A stretch of DNA of 63,515 nt, counting the filler, from Choristocarpus tenellus KU-1152 (Eukaryota > Protista > Phaeophyceae), in the NCBI GenBank assembly GCA_964200185.2. It is 12 parts of 12 records of this genome, joined end to end, with 100 filler letters (N's around TTAATTAATTAA, not from the genome) between each part and the next. Parts side by side here need not be neighbours in the genome. Positions count along the whole stretch, not along the records: positions 44,078 to 58,093 come from CAXNAD020001299.1; 11 more parts are not named here. One strand, 5' to 3'. This document shows positions 44,510-58,093 of this stretch, one piece after another; positions within the stretch are counted from its first letter, which is position 1, and every line of letters starts with the position of its first letter. Made by a program: the position numbers and the translations under genes. The notes beneath the pieces are model-generated. The model ran no database searches and was not told the origin of the DNA. It was given only the letters and a program-made list of their open reading frames with translations.

Positions 44510-46050
44510 GGTGAGACTTCAAGGGCAAGACCGTCTTTGGCTTGACGAATCGAGCTCTCCTTTGTTATCCTAGTGCATGATATCAAGATAGAAAAACCAA
44601 GGATGTTCACCTCCACGATTATTCTCGAAGCATGAAAAAATACATAGGTCGCAAACAAATATTTCCGCCCGCCCCCTCACATTTCCCCACCTGTGGTATA
44701 GAGTAAGGTCTGCGGTGGCATTGACCAGCCGTCCAACGATTTCCGCTGATCGCTCTCCCATCAGGGAAAGCATCTGCCCATGGGCTGCCACTTTACCCCC
44801 TTCCAGTAGAGATGTCTCACCATCCAGCAGCAAGTTTCGGCTGTAGTCTAGCAGACGTTTCCATGCAGATGCTGCTGAGCGAATGTTTCCCTCACTAAGG
44901 ACCTCTACCAGTTGCGCCTCTAAGGACTGACACACCTCGCTGGTCGCTTCTGCCATAAACTGTGCATTCTCACCGGAGCGATAGTTTAAGGGGCATAGAT
45001 GGATCATGGGCGTTTTATGAAGCCTAAAGGGAAGGACTGCAGTGTGGCAGGTGTAAGTAAGCTCCTCTAGCTATAAAAGGTTTGGCAAGGTGTCGCTGGT
45101 TGAAGCACCATAGCAATTACATATTTTTGGTTGTGAAAGATGGGTAAGGACGCCAATGTTGCAGGCATGACAACTAAAGTTGCACCTATTAGAAGATGAA
45201 ATTGCCTCAAGGGCAGTTGACTTATCCATATCCAATCTACAATGTAGCAAAAACTCTGAGCATGTTGAGGTTGTGTATGGCCTACGCAATGTAGGATGAC
45301 CTAAAATACATTTTTTGAATACCATTGCATCTTCAATTCCGCCCCTGCATGTCCACACAGTCAATGTCTTTTTGACACTAGTTCATATCCGTACCATCCA
45401 TCGTTTTTGACAGGAAGACACCACACCACAACCAGGACAACGAGAGTCGCCAACATGCGAGAAGCGCGAACATGAGCCGATGATTGAATTACCTCAGTGA
45501 CCATCCTTCTTGCCACCTCTTTCGCGTTCAGCTCGATAGACTCTGATCCAGACAATTCCTGCACCAGGTTCCTAACGTCTCTTCCCAAGCCTTCCCATTC
45601 CTCACTCGCCCTCTTGAACGCCTCGCCAACAGACTCTAAGTTGGGCTTCAAATCCTAGCAGTTGAGGAAAAATATAATATTCCATCCTTAGTGAACTTTA
45701 AAGACTACCCCTATGACCTGTTAAAGGAGTGCAGACGAAGGAGATAGTGATTTCTGATAGTGTCTGCCTCACATGCCAAGCTGTGACCATTGAATCTGGA
45801 GCTATCGCAGTGGCAACACGTGCCACATCATTCAATTTATTGCGCCAGTAAAATCGATTATCTTCCCCTTCCTCGTCCTGTTTCATGGCTGGCGAAAGAT
45901 CCTGGAGTGACACGATTGCATCAGGTGAACGATGAACTTGGTGGAAGGTATTGAGAAGCAGCAGTATCAAAGAACGTTCTATATCCTTGTTGAAGTCACT
46001 ATGTGGCGACCTAGCAGTGTCCAGAGCGCTATGGATCCATGACAATTTGA
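44510..46050 (-). CDS. Unidentified helical protein, several internal exons (~46045-45772, ~45654-45493, ~44970-44691, ~44569-44518)
   Basis: Coding-like minus-strand frames ending at GT donors (TAWH|gtgag, RMVTE|gtaat, LYHR|gtggg); no family recognised. Confidence 0.6.
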
Positions 46051-46419
46051 TTGGTTGATTTGAGGATTACTATTACAGAGGTCCTTATGTTATTGGTTCG
46101 GCTTTTCCTTGAAACATCTCCAAAATGCGAGAGGGAATAATAATATACGAGTATATATTTTTATTATCATGCACTCTGACATTTTGAAGATGCGTTAAGG
46201 GAAAGACCAATCAAAACCCAATTCAATATCAGAAACCTTTGTAAAAGTAACATTTGTCATAAATGTGAAAGATATTTTTTCGACTACTTGACTACCACCT
46301 ATGCTATACGAATCCTGTCCTATACCTCCAACCTAGCTTAGCCCTACACCACAGGGCGAAGAGCTAGGGAAACATCCCAATTATCTGAAAGTTCCCTCCT
46401 TACCCATCTCCCTGGTGCC

Positions 46420-48740
46420 TCCAGCTTAAAACGCATGGCACTTCTTGATAGAGCCACTTGTGACAGACACTATCTGTCGTAGACAGGATTTGACAGCTCC
46501 TTTCCTACTGTAGCCTCCCACCCCTCTCCCTCCTACTGCATGCGTAGCCAATTCATCCAGAAAACCTTCTGCTTTCTTACCGAGGCGCCCAAAACTTTCC
46601 ACCAGAAAGGTCTTGAGGTTAAAACTACGTACGAGGGTCAAAAGAACCCTCGTAATGGGTACGCTTTCGTGCCTCAGTTGCAGCAGTCGTTGCACCATTG
46701 CTGGTATATGAGTGTGGGAGGTGGGAGGTTGCCCGTACTTCCGCGAACGTAACATCGAGTAGAAGGCCTTTGTCCCGGCATGGAAGACTAGATCCATGCG
46801 GAAATTCCTGTCAACAGTGAAGGGGCTACCATCCTCCGTAGTGCAGGGATACCCATCCCCTTGCATTGTTGGTTGAGACGCTTCACCATAGGGGTGTATT
46901 GTCGCACCTGACCTCCTGCCCTGGGACAGGTATGTGCATGCCTGGTGTCGACATTTTGCCTCCTGCACCCACTCACTGGGCATCTGTTCGACAGGACCTC
47001 CTACCTTCTAGGGATCTGCTGGCGGTGAGTTTGAATTCTGCGGGGGGGGTCTAGCATGCCGGTTCCAGGGGTTGTGTTGAGGCCCATGCATTTGCCCTTT
47101 GTCCACACTGGCTCTGGTGGCGTGCTAAGGCTAGAGAGGAGCTTTCTTTCCCCCGTTGTACTTCATTTGGAAGGCTGGCTAGTTATGTCCGGAAGGAATC
47201 AAAATGAATCCTCTTCAGAAGGCGAGTGATCTCATGTGGAGCCCTCCTTGTGACCCTGGCGTCATGAGCTGCTAGGATGTGAACCTCTGGGGTAGGTGTG
47301 GTGGATGTTGTTCCCTCCCAGGTTGCCTAGTCTTGGCCAATGATTTCCGTCAGGTCTTGTGAGGGAACACCTGTAAAGAGGAGGGTGTGGATGGACAATC
47401 CCAAAGCTCGTACTGTGGGGCTCGCACAAACAGCTTGTGAGAAGGACTCACCATGAGGCCCTTGCTGCCTTGCTAGGAGGGTGGGGAGAGTGGCCACTAG
47501 TGATCTTACGGATGCTACGTGTTGGTGGTGTTTCGTAGAGGAGAGGCCTAAGCCCCCCGCACTTGTGGGCATCTGTGCCTGTACTTGTTGGTGGTGGGTC
47601 TCTCGGCGGAGAGACCCATTATCACACCCCCCCTCAAAAAATCTGTCGCCTCTGTCAAGTCTGCTACTTCCATTATCTTCTCTAGTGTCCATAACGAGGT
47701 ATTTTCTGCTTGCTCCATTGTGGAGCGTGCCAAGTGGGGGGGAGTGACCCTAGCAAGATAGCCTAGGTGGGAGGAGAGGGGCCAGGAGTTGAGGAGCCAG
47801 GCGCCACCTGTTTTTCCTCCATCTCGCTGTGGTGTGTGGCCAAAGTTCGTGTCCCAGAGCTCTCGATCACCTCAACCATATGGGCTTGGATAAAGCTATC
47901 TGTTTCCACCGGAGCCCCCAATATGACAAAATCATTTGGGCTCTGGGCAAGGTTGATTCCTGCTGTAGAAAGAGGCTCCAGTTTTGAGTGAGGGCGTGGG
48001 TTGGTGGCCCTGGGGGGTGCGGCAAAGGTCTTGTCCATATTCAAGTCAATATCTACTTCATGAAGGTCAGTTTTTAACAGCTCGAAAGCAGCCATGGTGT
48101 CATGGCCAATCTCCCTTGCGGAAATGGACATGTCGTCCAGATAACTTCAGGAGGAAACCCCCTGGGGCTCGAAGGCATATTGGACCTGCTGTAGGGCTTT
48201 ATGTTTCCATGCAAAAAAAGAGGGGCCAAGGGGGTGGTCCCCTTGTTGTGCCCCTGATCTTGATGGCAGGATCTTCATCCCTCCCTCATCCACGGGAAAA
48301 GAAGATTGCAGGTGTCCCCATACACCTTGAAGGCATAAGGCAGGAGTCCTGATAGAGTCTCTCTGTGAGAGCCTTGATGAAGGCCGAGCGACCTACACTG
48401 TTGAAAGCATTTCTCCCATCTAGACTGATGACCCATTCTCCACACTCAGTCCTTAGGCGAATGTATAGACGGGCACGCTATATCCCATTTGGGACCCCTA
48501 CGCCAAATTGTCCCACTCCACCGAATCTTCCTCAAGATAGGGGCGTCAGTCTGTGCAGAAAGCTGAAGCACACGCCTTTCTGAAGAAAGAGCCACAGGTG
48601 ACCGGGCGACACTTCTCCCCAATTGTGGACAATCTGGAGTTTGTGTGAAGTGCCCAAAACCTCAGAGGTAAAGAGTCCAGGGAGGTGTAGGCTAGTTTCT
48701 AGAGTTTTGCAAAAGCGTCCGCCACTTCTTCGTGACCAAC
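46420..48740 (-). mobile_element. CRE-like (RT plus restriction-like endonuclease) non-LTR retrotransposon, degenerate
   Basis: Minus strand has RT motifs NAFNSV (~48400), GAQQG..LGP (~48240) and YLDD (~48135), then LGAPV, GGLGL, the Zn-knuckle region RHAHTCPRAGG, and the endonuclease region RMDLVF...VESFGRLGKKAEGFLDELA; many frameshifts. Confidence 0.88.
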
Positions 48741-49419
48741 ACCTGTCGTGATGGCTGATCTGATGTGGCTAGGGGCTATAATGTGCAGTATGACGTTATA
48801 AGTTATACGGTCAATATACTCATACGCCCCAAATTATAAATTTCAATTCTTATTACCGTCATTGGTGTCTTTCACAACTCATGTATAGGGTACATCTCCA
48901 AATGTCAGCAGGCATAATAATATACTTTGTCCTGAAGGAGTTGAAATGAACCCTATTCGGTAGGTATGTGACATCATACTGCCCTCCCCTTGTGACCCTG
49001 GCATCAAGAGCCGCCAAGGTATGAACCTTCAGACTGGAGCAGGAGCAGCTATACCAGCCTGACCAAAAAACCCTGCCAGGTCCTCCAAGGGGACTCCTGA
49101 GAGTCAAAGTAAACGAGAGATACCCAGGTTTTAACCGTTTTGCATTATTTTAACCATTTTTTTCGATCTTTTGCAATTCATCAATATTTGTGTGGATGAG
49201 TTGTCAAAATTGACTAGAGAACGTTGATTTCTCTGTTGTTTAAAACCTTTCGACAAGATTAAGAAAATTTCCAACTTGCATTTGTAAAAGAGCAAAACTT
49301 TACACGTGTTTGCTGGAGGCCCAAAACATGGAACTCTGGGTAACTCTCGTTTACTTTGACTCTCATGAAATGTTGATGTGAATCGAAGATTATTGTGCCT
49401 GTATTGTGAGGCTCACACA

Positions 49420-49550
49420 AATAACCTGTGCAAAGGCCTTTCCATGGAGCCCTCGTTGTCTGGCCAAAAGGTTGGGAAGAGTGGCCACCAACAAATCCAC
49501 TAAATGCAGAGTGTTGGCAGTGCCCCACGGAGGATAAGGATAGGCCCTCT
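49420..49550 (-). mobile_element. CRE-like fragment
   Basis: GLSLSSVGHCQH...LVATLPNLLARQRGLHGKAFAQ is homologous to GLGLSSTKHHQH...LVATLPTLLARQQGPHGESFSQ at ~47430-47555. Confidence 0.7.
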
Positions 49551-50179
49551 ACACTGAAACAAAACTGGAAATGGGTAGGTTACAAGTTTCAAGTAAGTGC
49601 GAGATGCTGCTTTATGTCTACTATGGTGAAAACAAAACAAAAGAATGTCAGATACATCAAATACAGAGGTATTGTCTCTAAAATGGTGTTGAAGAGCCAA
49701 ACCAATTTAGGGATATGCAGGTTTTGGACCCTTTTGCACTCCAAGCATATTTCTAACCCTGTGCAATGCACGCTTTTCATTGCTTCGTGTGTACAATGAT
49801 GTACGCTTAATTGATACTTCCTCTTTCTACACACAAAGTGACACCACAATTCACTTTTTGGAGCTGTACAAAATGATATATATATATATATATATATTGC
49901 ACTTTCTCGGTCGGGATCCCTAAAATGCAACCCTACTTACCTCTCAATTCATTTGACTCGGAAAAAAACACGAAAATCAACTCCTAAACTGACTATAATA
50001 TGAGGGCGGGTGAGAATTAAGGAAAGAATCCGATAAATCTGTCAAGTCTCTCCATGTCCATCAGCCTGGGGCTCCAATTTAAAGAGTAAAACTCCTTTAG
50101 AGATGGTACTTGAGCAGTCGCTGAATTAATTTGTCATACTTGATTTTTCAGACCCCTTTCTGGTGAAACCTTCTGCTCC

Positions 50180-50295
50180 CTACCTCCTATAACACATGAC
50201 TCGCTTGCTCAACAGAAATAGCCTTGCCTGTGTGCCAAGACGCCCGAAACTTTCTACCGTGAAGGTGTTAAGGTTAAAACTACGAGAGGGGTCAA
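50180..50295 (-). mobile_element. CRE-like endonuclease fragment
   Basis: TFTVESFGRLGTQA is homologous to TFLVESFGRLGKKA at ~46570-46610. Confidence 0.7.
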
Positions 50296-50851
50296 AAGAT
50301 GGTTGCCCTTACAGGACTTTGCTACAACAACAGTACGAATGCCATCGTACACTATATTGTAATACATTATACTCCGAAGTATAAATATATTATGCCCTCT
50401 GAAATTTTCCAGATTTGTCAGTGGGGGGAGAGACCAAGACCCCCACCATGTGGCAAACACAACTGCTGTAGATACAACAGTTGTTGTCCTTGATGCCAAG
50501 ACACGTATCTAAGTAATGAACTACTACTTGAACACAAACACCACCACAACGTTTTCTTGAATTCTGTTTCTACAACGTGATGTGTATGCTGCTATGCTTC
50601 TGACCTAGCCCTACCAAGCTGGGGGAGGAACTAGTGAAGTATCCCAAGAATCTCTCAGACCCCTTCTAACCAAAAGTACTTGAAATATCTCGACGTATAG
50701 TGGGTGTAGTGTTTACTGTGTCCTACCATATGAAATCTGTACAACATCATATGTATCTATATATCTATATATCTATATATATATATTGGGAGTACGACTA
50801 ACTACATTTCTGTTTCGTAACAAACCTATCAGTGAGAATTAGGGGCTAGGT

Positions 50852-53800
50852 ATGGCTTTGTCCGATTCAGAGATGTTGGAACTTCTTGGTACCTTACCCG
50901 AAGTGGACTTTGCCTTTGGGTATGGCTCTGGTGTTCTAGAGCAGGAGGTGACCAAGTCTGCCTTCGCTAATTGTGGTGTTGTTTGCGGATGCCATGAAAT
51001 ACTTGGGGGGGGTTGTGTTGACTATTCCTCTTCACGCACATGACTGTATTTAGCCTTTGCTTATCCACTCCACAGCTACCTTCACCTTGCCCACCCTGAT
51101 AATGTGATTCGATTGCAGGGATACTCTCAATCCTTGAAGTCCGCTCACGACCTTCCTATGCTCGATCTTGTGCTTGGAGTCAAGAAACCGAGAGAGTGGC
51201 ACGAGATAAACTTGGAGAGGTGTGTTGTTGGATTCATTCACCAGGCCACGAGCTATTGGTATGACACCAATTCCGCGAAAGCAGGGCAACTTACGGTCCC
51301 TCGCCCTTTGGCACCGGACCGTGCAGGAACAGGGAGCACTACTCTGGCTTCGCAAGGTTGATCGGTCCCAGGGGTATCGCGGGAGTGCAAGAGGGCTTTG
51401 GAGCAAGGGTGAGTGCCTCAAGATGGAAAGGTTGGTGCAATGCTTAGCTATCGTTGGAAGCGTACGCAATTTAAGTGGTATACTTGTTTTTGGACTGCAC
51501 CCACAACTCGGAAACTCTTCCTCCTTCCACACCAACAGCTATACTACAATGCAATGGTGCCGATTCCTACGCCTCCCCATCGGGGCCGGCTTATGAAGTA
51601 TGGAGTGATCAGCTTGGACCACCTCAAGACTGACCTCTCAGACTGGACCTGGCTGTATGCGGCCGGAAGGTTAGTCCCTGTTCAGTAATCGGGGTGTTGC
51701 GTCACAACCTCATCCCTATCAATCGTCTTACCCTTCACTCTTCTCTGTTCTGTTTCTATATCATACCTCTGTTTCTCCTTTGTTGTACTTTCTGTGGTAA
51801 AGAATGCACAAGCCAGTGCAAATAGTCCGTGGGGAGAGAGATTTGGCCCCATTTGCTCGTGAGAACCTGACCAATGCAGTCCGGGCAGCACTTCTCCTCC
51901 TGCCAGAGGCCTTCAGTACGCAGGAGCTGTTTTTAGCAATTGCTGGTCTGTCATACACAGGCAAGAACAATGCAATAACTGTTTGCGTACCTGAACTAGT
52001 GCATCTGTGTTTTTATCATCTACAGCAGGTTGATTAGATTCGAGAAATTTGGACAGTGTACATAGCACTATGTTCTGACATTTGAACAACAAATCGAGAC
52101 TCTTGTCTTCTTGGAAGTATAAAATTGCACCACCTCCTTAAACTTATGTGCGTGGTGTTAGTGAAGTCAAAAAGGGATAAAGATATGGTTGGCAGAAATG
52201 ATAAAAGGGTCAAACAATATTCCAATGAGACTCTCAACAACTGTAACAACTGAAGTGTCACCTACACTAACCTTGCCCTTGGAGCGACGGCCTTGAACTT
52301 ACCTATGGGAAGTACCACTATTTGGAAATTCTGAAGGTAGAGTAATGTGAGAATAGAAATTTCACTAAATTCTATCCTCCAAGTTTGCTGATTTCTCCTT
52401 GTAGTCCTTTTTGTGGGGGGAACAGACACTAATTTAATCCAGACAAAGGATAAGACCTTAATGTTTAGGTACAAATAGTTGTTCCAGGAAAACTCTTTGA
52501 TACTGTGGTGGATAAATTGGTTGCTTAGCTTGTAGGTTGCATTTTTGATTCTTCGGAAAATTTTGTACAGCAGTTGACTCTTCCAGTACACTTCTTTGAA
52601 CAAGAAACCCTCTTGTGGTCAGGGAATTGTGTTACTCTGTAGCTTGTAGTCTGTACTACATGATCACAGTGTGGAAATGTCCATCCTCCACCTACATCAA
52701 CGTTAAAAAAACAGAGGTGGGTGAGGTGTGATGTGTGTGAAATGCGTAAGGAGTAGTCTGCCCTGGTCAGCATGGTATGACCACTCCTCCAACAAGTAGG
52801 AAGTGCCAGGAATCACAAAGCCTTTGCAATGGTCATTGTGACCATTTTGACACTTTAATATTGTATTGCACTGTGGTATTGATACACATAGCACTGGCTC
52901 AAGGGACGGATGCAGTAGTCAATGGCACCCTCTTGGTTATGGATCCGTTTTTCACTTCAGTATGATTCAATCAGATTTGTCGAATCGTATAAAGGTCGCA
53001 CCTTGTCGTAAGAAGGTATGCCATTGTATTTATTTTGGTGATCATCAGCATGAATATATCCCTGAACAGAGTGTGTGCCATTCCTTGGAAAATGCAACCT
53101 AGTTTGTATTCTTGAAATCCTCTGTTCTATACTGTTAGTAAGTTGCAGTCTCAAAGTAATACATCCTTGAATAAAACATGAGTTAGATTTGAACCCTAAT
53201 TCCATCCCTAGTTTATATCAATCCCCATCGCTTACCGTGATTGTCACTTCCCCATTCCCCCCTGCCCTCACCCCCATGTCATTCTCTAACCCTAGGAGAT
53301 GTTCGGATGCGCTTTTTGGAGAACCAGAACAAGGTCCACAACATTGTTGCCAAAGCCACTGGCAGATTCCAGGACCTCTATGCCCCTATACTATCGGTGA
53401 GGCTGAAGCTAAGTGTTCTGGAAGTACTCATGCTATGAATTTTGCTTGTGCAAGCAGTAAGTTCATGCTTCTTTCTCTCTGTAATTTGGTTGGATTTTCA
53501 TTAACGGGCCGTGGTACAACCCTTGATGATTTCACAATTTTGTGTTCTGAACAGCACTTGACTCCATGGTAGGCCTCCCCGTGTGCCCGTGTTTCTCATG
53601 CTTGAATGTTAGAGCACCTCTGCTGAAGGAATGCATTTCCTCTGTTTCAATTTACCCCTTGTTGCAGAGCTTCAAAGGCTTGACAAGGGCAGGTGACAGT
53701 TCAAAGGCCTATTGGCAGGATACATCGCCTTCAGCTCATGCAAAACTCGCAGATGCCCTTCCTTCTGCTGTGCGCAGTCTGTTGACTGCAGACTCTGCAG

Positions 53801-55263
53801 GTAACTTCATTTCAATATGATTATCTCTGCTCTGATCCCACCGCCAACATAAATTCGTTGGTAACCAAACTGCACATTCTATGTTCAAATAGCTTCAAAA
53901 ATCCGAGAATCACACGCAAAAACAAAAAAACACTGATTTTTTTATGCTGTTGGGAGATGAGTACCATCAGGCAGGATGAAGTGAAACAAACGTGAAGATT
54001 TTTAGTTTTTTTTTAGCAGTCACTGCTCCTTGCATCTTGTGCCTGTAACTTCTGCTGCAGTGTTTTGAGGTCCTTGTGGTTGAGTCCCCATGTTATGATG
54101 TTAATGATACCCCTAATCCTAATTCCTTTTGCACCATATTTCAATAGTATTAGTCACTGCCAATGACTGATATTGAAGTGAAGTTGGTTAGGGATATCTG
54201 AGAACCAGTTGAAAGTCCAATGTACCGTATCTCTGATGGTTAGAGATGTCGTCTTGTGTCTGTGAAGTTGACATTACTGAGGGTGTACAGTTGTAAGGCC
54301 AGTTTGTGGTAGCTAAATGTTGATGGGGATTTATTGGAGCTGACAAAATTATGGAGTGGCGACTTCTCAATGATGTCTCCCCCTTGTAATTGGTTTCAAA
54401 TAGCTTGAAATGAGTCACCCGTCATGACTAAAAGGATAGGCTTGGGTGCTTCCTCCTTCCAAAGGTAATGAGACATAAGACAGTTCAACAGAGTGGTTCA
54501 TCTCAACTATTTGTAATCAAGTAATCAGTCCTTGTTTGGAGTTTGTATTGTCGATAGTGGAATGCCTTCCTACAGGCCGTACATTTGCAGGGGTATCTAC
54601 CCCAAAATATTGAAGCTCTCTGGCTGGGGGCGCACTTGCTTTCCTTTCTTGGCTCTCTAAGGACCTGACTGACTGACTTGTCTTGTTCCAATGGGGGATG
54701 ATGAAACTGTTGGTTAATGGTTTTGTGTGCGCACGTTTTCTGCGTGCCTTCAATTAGTTTCTTTTGTTTTATTGATTAGTCTGGGGTGGTGTGATGATCA
54801 GCGCCCATGTCAACTCATTAATGAGGTAGTTCTAAATGTACAGTGGTAAACATCTTACTGAAATTCACCTTGCCATTCATGCACAGCTCTGCGAGCAAAG
54901 TCGAGGTATAGCTCATGACTTCGCAAAGGCTTTCTGAATGATCAGGCTAAGTAGCAGCATAACAATTTTCTGGCTTAGTGATAGTGTATAATAATAATAA
55001 TGCATGTGCCTGTCCCTTCCCGTATTTGGTACAATTCTCCTTCCCCCGTAGGGATGTTTGGTCAACAAAAGGTCTTGCCACATGGTGCTGCAACACCCAT
55101 GGCAAGGCGTGTTTCGAGTGCTCTAGCACATGTAGTGGCACGTTCGAGCAGGTGGCAGGGTGCAAAGGGGTTGCTGACAGCTGGGGTGGCTAAATCTGCA
55201 GTGTATACCATGGCCAAGGTGACAAAGGCTGCTGCTGGGTCAAGGAGACCACACGGTCCATGA
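50852..55263 (+). CDS. TAM41: Mitochondrial phosphatidate cytidylyltransferase TAM41/Mmp37, complete (exons 50852-50947, 51119-51219, 51327-51408, 51539-51669, 51803-51960, 53296-53396, 53668-53800, 55052-55263)
   Basis: FAFGYGSGVLEQ, MLDLVLGV..PREWHEINLERNREHYS, LYYN..MKYGVIS..LKTDLSDWTWLYAAGRMHKPV, NLTNAVRAALLLLP..LFLAIAGLSYTGDVRM..ENQNKVHNIV, SSRWQGAKGLLTAG. All phases are compatible; intron 5 has a GC donor. Confidence 0.95.
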
Positions 55264-55742
55264 CAGTCATGCCCGCTTTGAAATCTGTTGCTTGTACAGA
55301 GTTGTAGATCTGTTGGACCTCAACCTGTACAAGTCCTATTTGCAGCAATAGGACTTTCTTTGTCTTTTTAAGTGTCTTGAGCTGTGATCGCAACACCTGG
55401 CCCTGAAGGTCCGTCAGAGGGAATGGTCGTCACAGATGACCCCCAGTCATTTCCACCACCACTGATGTCTGCTGACACAATGATGTTGTCAGAAACGCAA
55501 TTGAAAAGTCGGTCACAGGGTACAGTACGAGAAGATGAAAGAAAGACTCAGTAATCTACAGTCATGGTGCTGCAGAAATGCCCCCACTCGACTCTCATCC
55601 TTTGTGTGGTTAATTGCCTTGTCCATCCCTAGCTAAAACACAACCGTTTATTTGATGCACTTGTTCTAAGTAAAATGGGCAATGGTTTGTCATCATTTAA
55701 AAGCAAACAACTTCAGATGAGCGGTGAAGGGAGAACTGCGTG

Positions 55743-58093
55743 TCATGGTGTGGGAAGGGCCGCTACTCGAGGTCGCCGCAATTTGCCAGCCTCAATGCTC
55801 ACTGCATCAGTTGTCAGCCCTAGACTCCTGCTGTGAACCTCCCGGAACTCTCTTGCAGCAGAGTTGTACTTGTAGAACCCAGATGCCTTGTCCCAGGGGT
55901 AAGTGGGATGGGGAAAGGTTGCGTTATTTTCACCTTGAATACCTTGATTTGGTTTGCTAGTGTACTGATGAACTTATTACAGCATGATCTTTCCTGCGAG
56001 AGTACTCTCTCTCCCTACAACCTGTCTCCTCGACAATTCCTGCAATTTATGGCTTCTAGTACCTATGACATGTCCTGTTTGGGCGCACACTCTTGAGCAG
56101 CTTGCCTTCTTACTGTTGCACCAAAACAAACGCGAGTACTTCTGTACCTGGTTTGAAGTATGATTGTGGATGCCCTGCTCCCTATCACCAACACAGGGCC
56201 TTGTCATTTACCCACCTCAACTCCTTCTCATGCTTACTCGACTCGTGCAACGACAACCTTGGTACTGGAGAAATGGCCAGCTTGTTTACTTAGGACCCTT
56301 TTACGTGACGGGCTGCCGACTAATCCTGATAATTCCTTGTCTCTTCCGAGTAAACAATTGGCAGTCAACAGTGCACTATGGCGTTACACTATTCACTACA
56401 AGATATTTACTTTTGTAGTCAAACAGCACTGATAACCGAATCCCGACCCTATTGCAATTGCTAGAGTTGGCACTTGCAACTCTGTAGTGTTGCCATTAGT
56501 TGGCTAGAGAGTTGATACTTACTCTAGCCTGTTGACCAAATGCGTATCCAATACAGTGACACATGCAAGAAAGTAAGGGATTGAGTTTGTTGTGAGAAAA
56601 ATGATTTTGCATGCATCAATTAGTGTATTGGTCTCACCATTGAGGCATCCAGAATGGATGGCCCCAACCCGAATATTTTTTCTGCTCGCTTTTCCCCCTC
56701 CATGTAGACATACAAGCCTTTGAAAGTGAGCAACTTGGTGTGCGCCAATAGGAGGACAAAGTTGGAGCCTGGGTGAGCATCGAGCACCTGTGGTTTTCAA
56801 CCTCGAGCAGGGCGTTGCAGTGTTTGTAGAGAGGACTAGGGTTCATTCAGAAGGAAGAGAAAGGTTGACAGGGACACGATACAGCATTGAGTAGACCAGA
56901 CAGGGCAGTTGGCTTGGAGCGTGTCACCACAAACTTGGGATTTCTAAATGAACTTAACGAGAAAAGAAGGGACTGGGGGAATAGTGCCAGCCCATCACAA
57001 GAAAGTCAATAAATATAAGAACATCAAGAGGAGGCGTTTGGGTCATCACACAGTGTGTTACAGCAAGCACATAGAGCGAGAAAACATGGCATTTCCCCAT
57101 TATGCCTATTTGTGAACGTGCCTCCAGTGCCCGGGCTTTCTTTTCCTCCAGGTGTGTCCCAGCCAGGCAAAGGAGGTTTACAGCATTGCGGACCATTTTT
57201 CGATTTGACAGGCGTGACAGTCCTCGCACTGGTAGTGAGGCTGCATTTGATTGTGCTCTCCAACCACCACGATATCTCTCGCTGTCAAAGCCGGGCTTTC
57301 CCATCCTGTTCGCTTTATTTGGTGTATCCACTAAGCCCCTTTCATCAAACTCCACAAGATTTGAGCACTCAAAGGTAGAAGGTGTCTGGCGTTTGCTCCT
57401 TGAAAGATCTTGCTGAGTAATCTCATGGGCACTGTCTTTCTGACCTTCCACCTCTTTGTTCTGCTGGCTGGCACTCTTGGTGGTTCCGTTTCTTTTTTTC
57501 TGGATTCTATGCCGTTCCTAAGGAGACAAAGAAGAGGGTGGTGTTACTACAGTTGGCAACGAAACACAAGGGATAGTTGCAATAGAAAAGGGCGTTGGCA
57601 AGGGAAAGAGTCAGGTGCAGGTTTGCTAATTGTGTGTGTGGGGTGGTCCAAGCATCTTTGCTGAATTACCCGAGGAGTCAGGTCTGACTTGTAGACCTCT
57701 GCTACGAGAAGTTGGCAAAAGGCTCAAAGCTACTACTGCGAAAGTGCTAAGAGATTGCAGGTACGAATGTCAGCATTAAGAAGGGGTGGTAGACCACACC
57801 TCTAGCTCTCCCAACTTCTTTGCTCGAAGGGCTTCAAAATGCTGAGTTTTGTCTTCTCTGCCACATCCATCCACTGAAGATCCCATGGATATGTTAAAGC
57901 AGACAGGAGGTGGTGTTGCGTCCCTCACACCTGGATCAGCCCTATCAGAAACTACAGAGGCAGACCTGCCCCTGCCCCTCTCCATGGATCCCACTTTGCC
58001 TTCCCCCACCTCAATATCCACCTCCCCCACCCAAGGATTCGCTCCAACTCCAGCTGGCCTTCTCCCAGAACACCCTGCTAGGCTAACCTCAGG
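55743..58093 (-). CDS. CKK-domain (CAMSAP/Patronin-like) microtubule-binding protein, 3' part (exons >58093-57800, 57517-57122, 56787-56638, 55886-55743)
   Basis: SNRKMVRNAVNLLCLAGTHLEEKKARALE|VLDAHPGSNFVLLLAHTKLLTFKGLYVY..AEKIFGLGPSILDASM|ASGFYKYNSAAREFREVHSRSLGLTTDAVSI...* is a complete CKK domain. Confidence 0.9.

Noticed and set aside
49426-49553. Apparent AG...GT-bounded minus-strand exon of the 44.5-46 kb gene
   Set aside because: It is homologous, with a frameshift, to the CRE-like element, so it is better explained as a TE fragment.
56680-56710. Suspected frameshift in the CKK exon homopolymer
   Set aside because: On recount the frame is continuous: YMEGEKRAEKIFGLGP.
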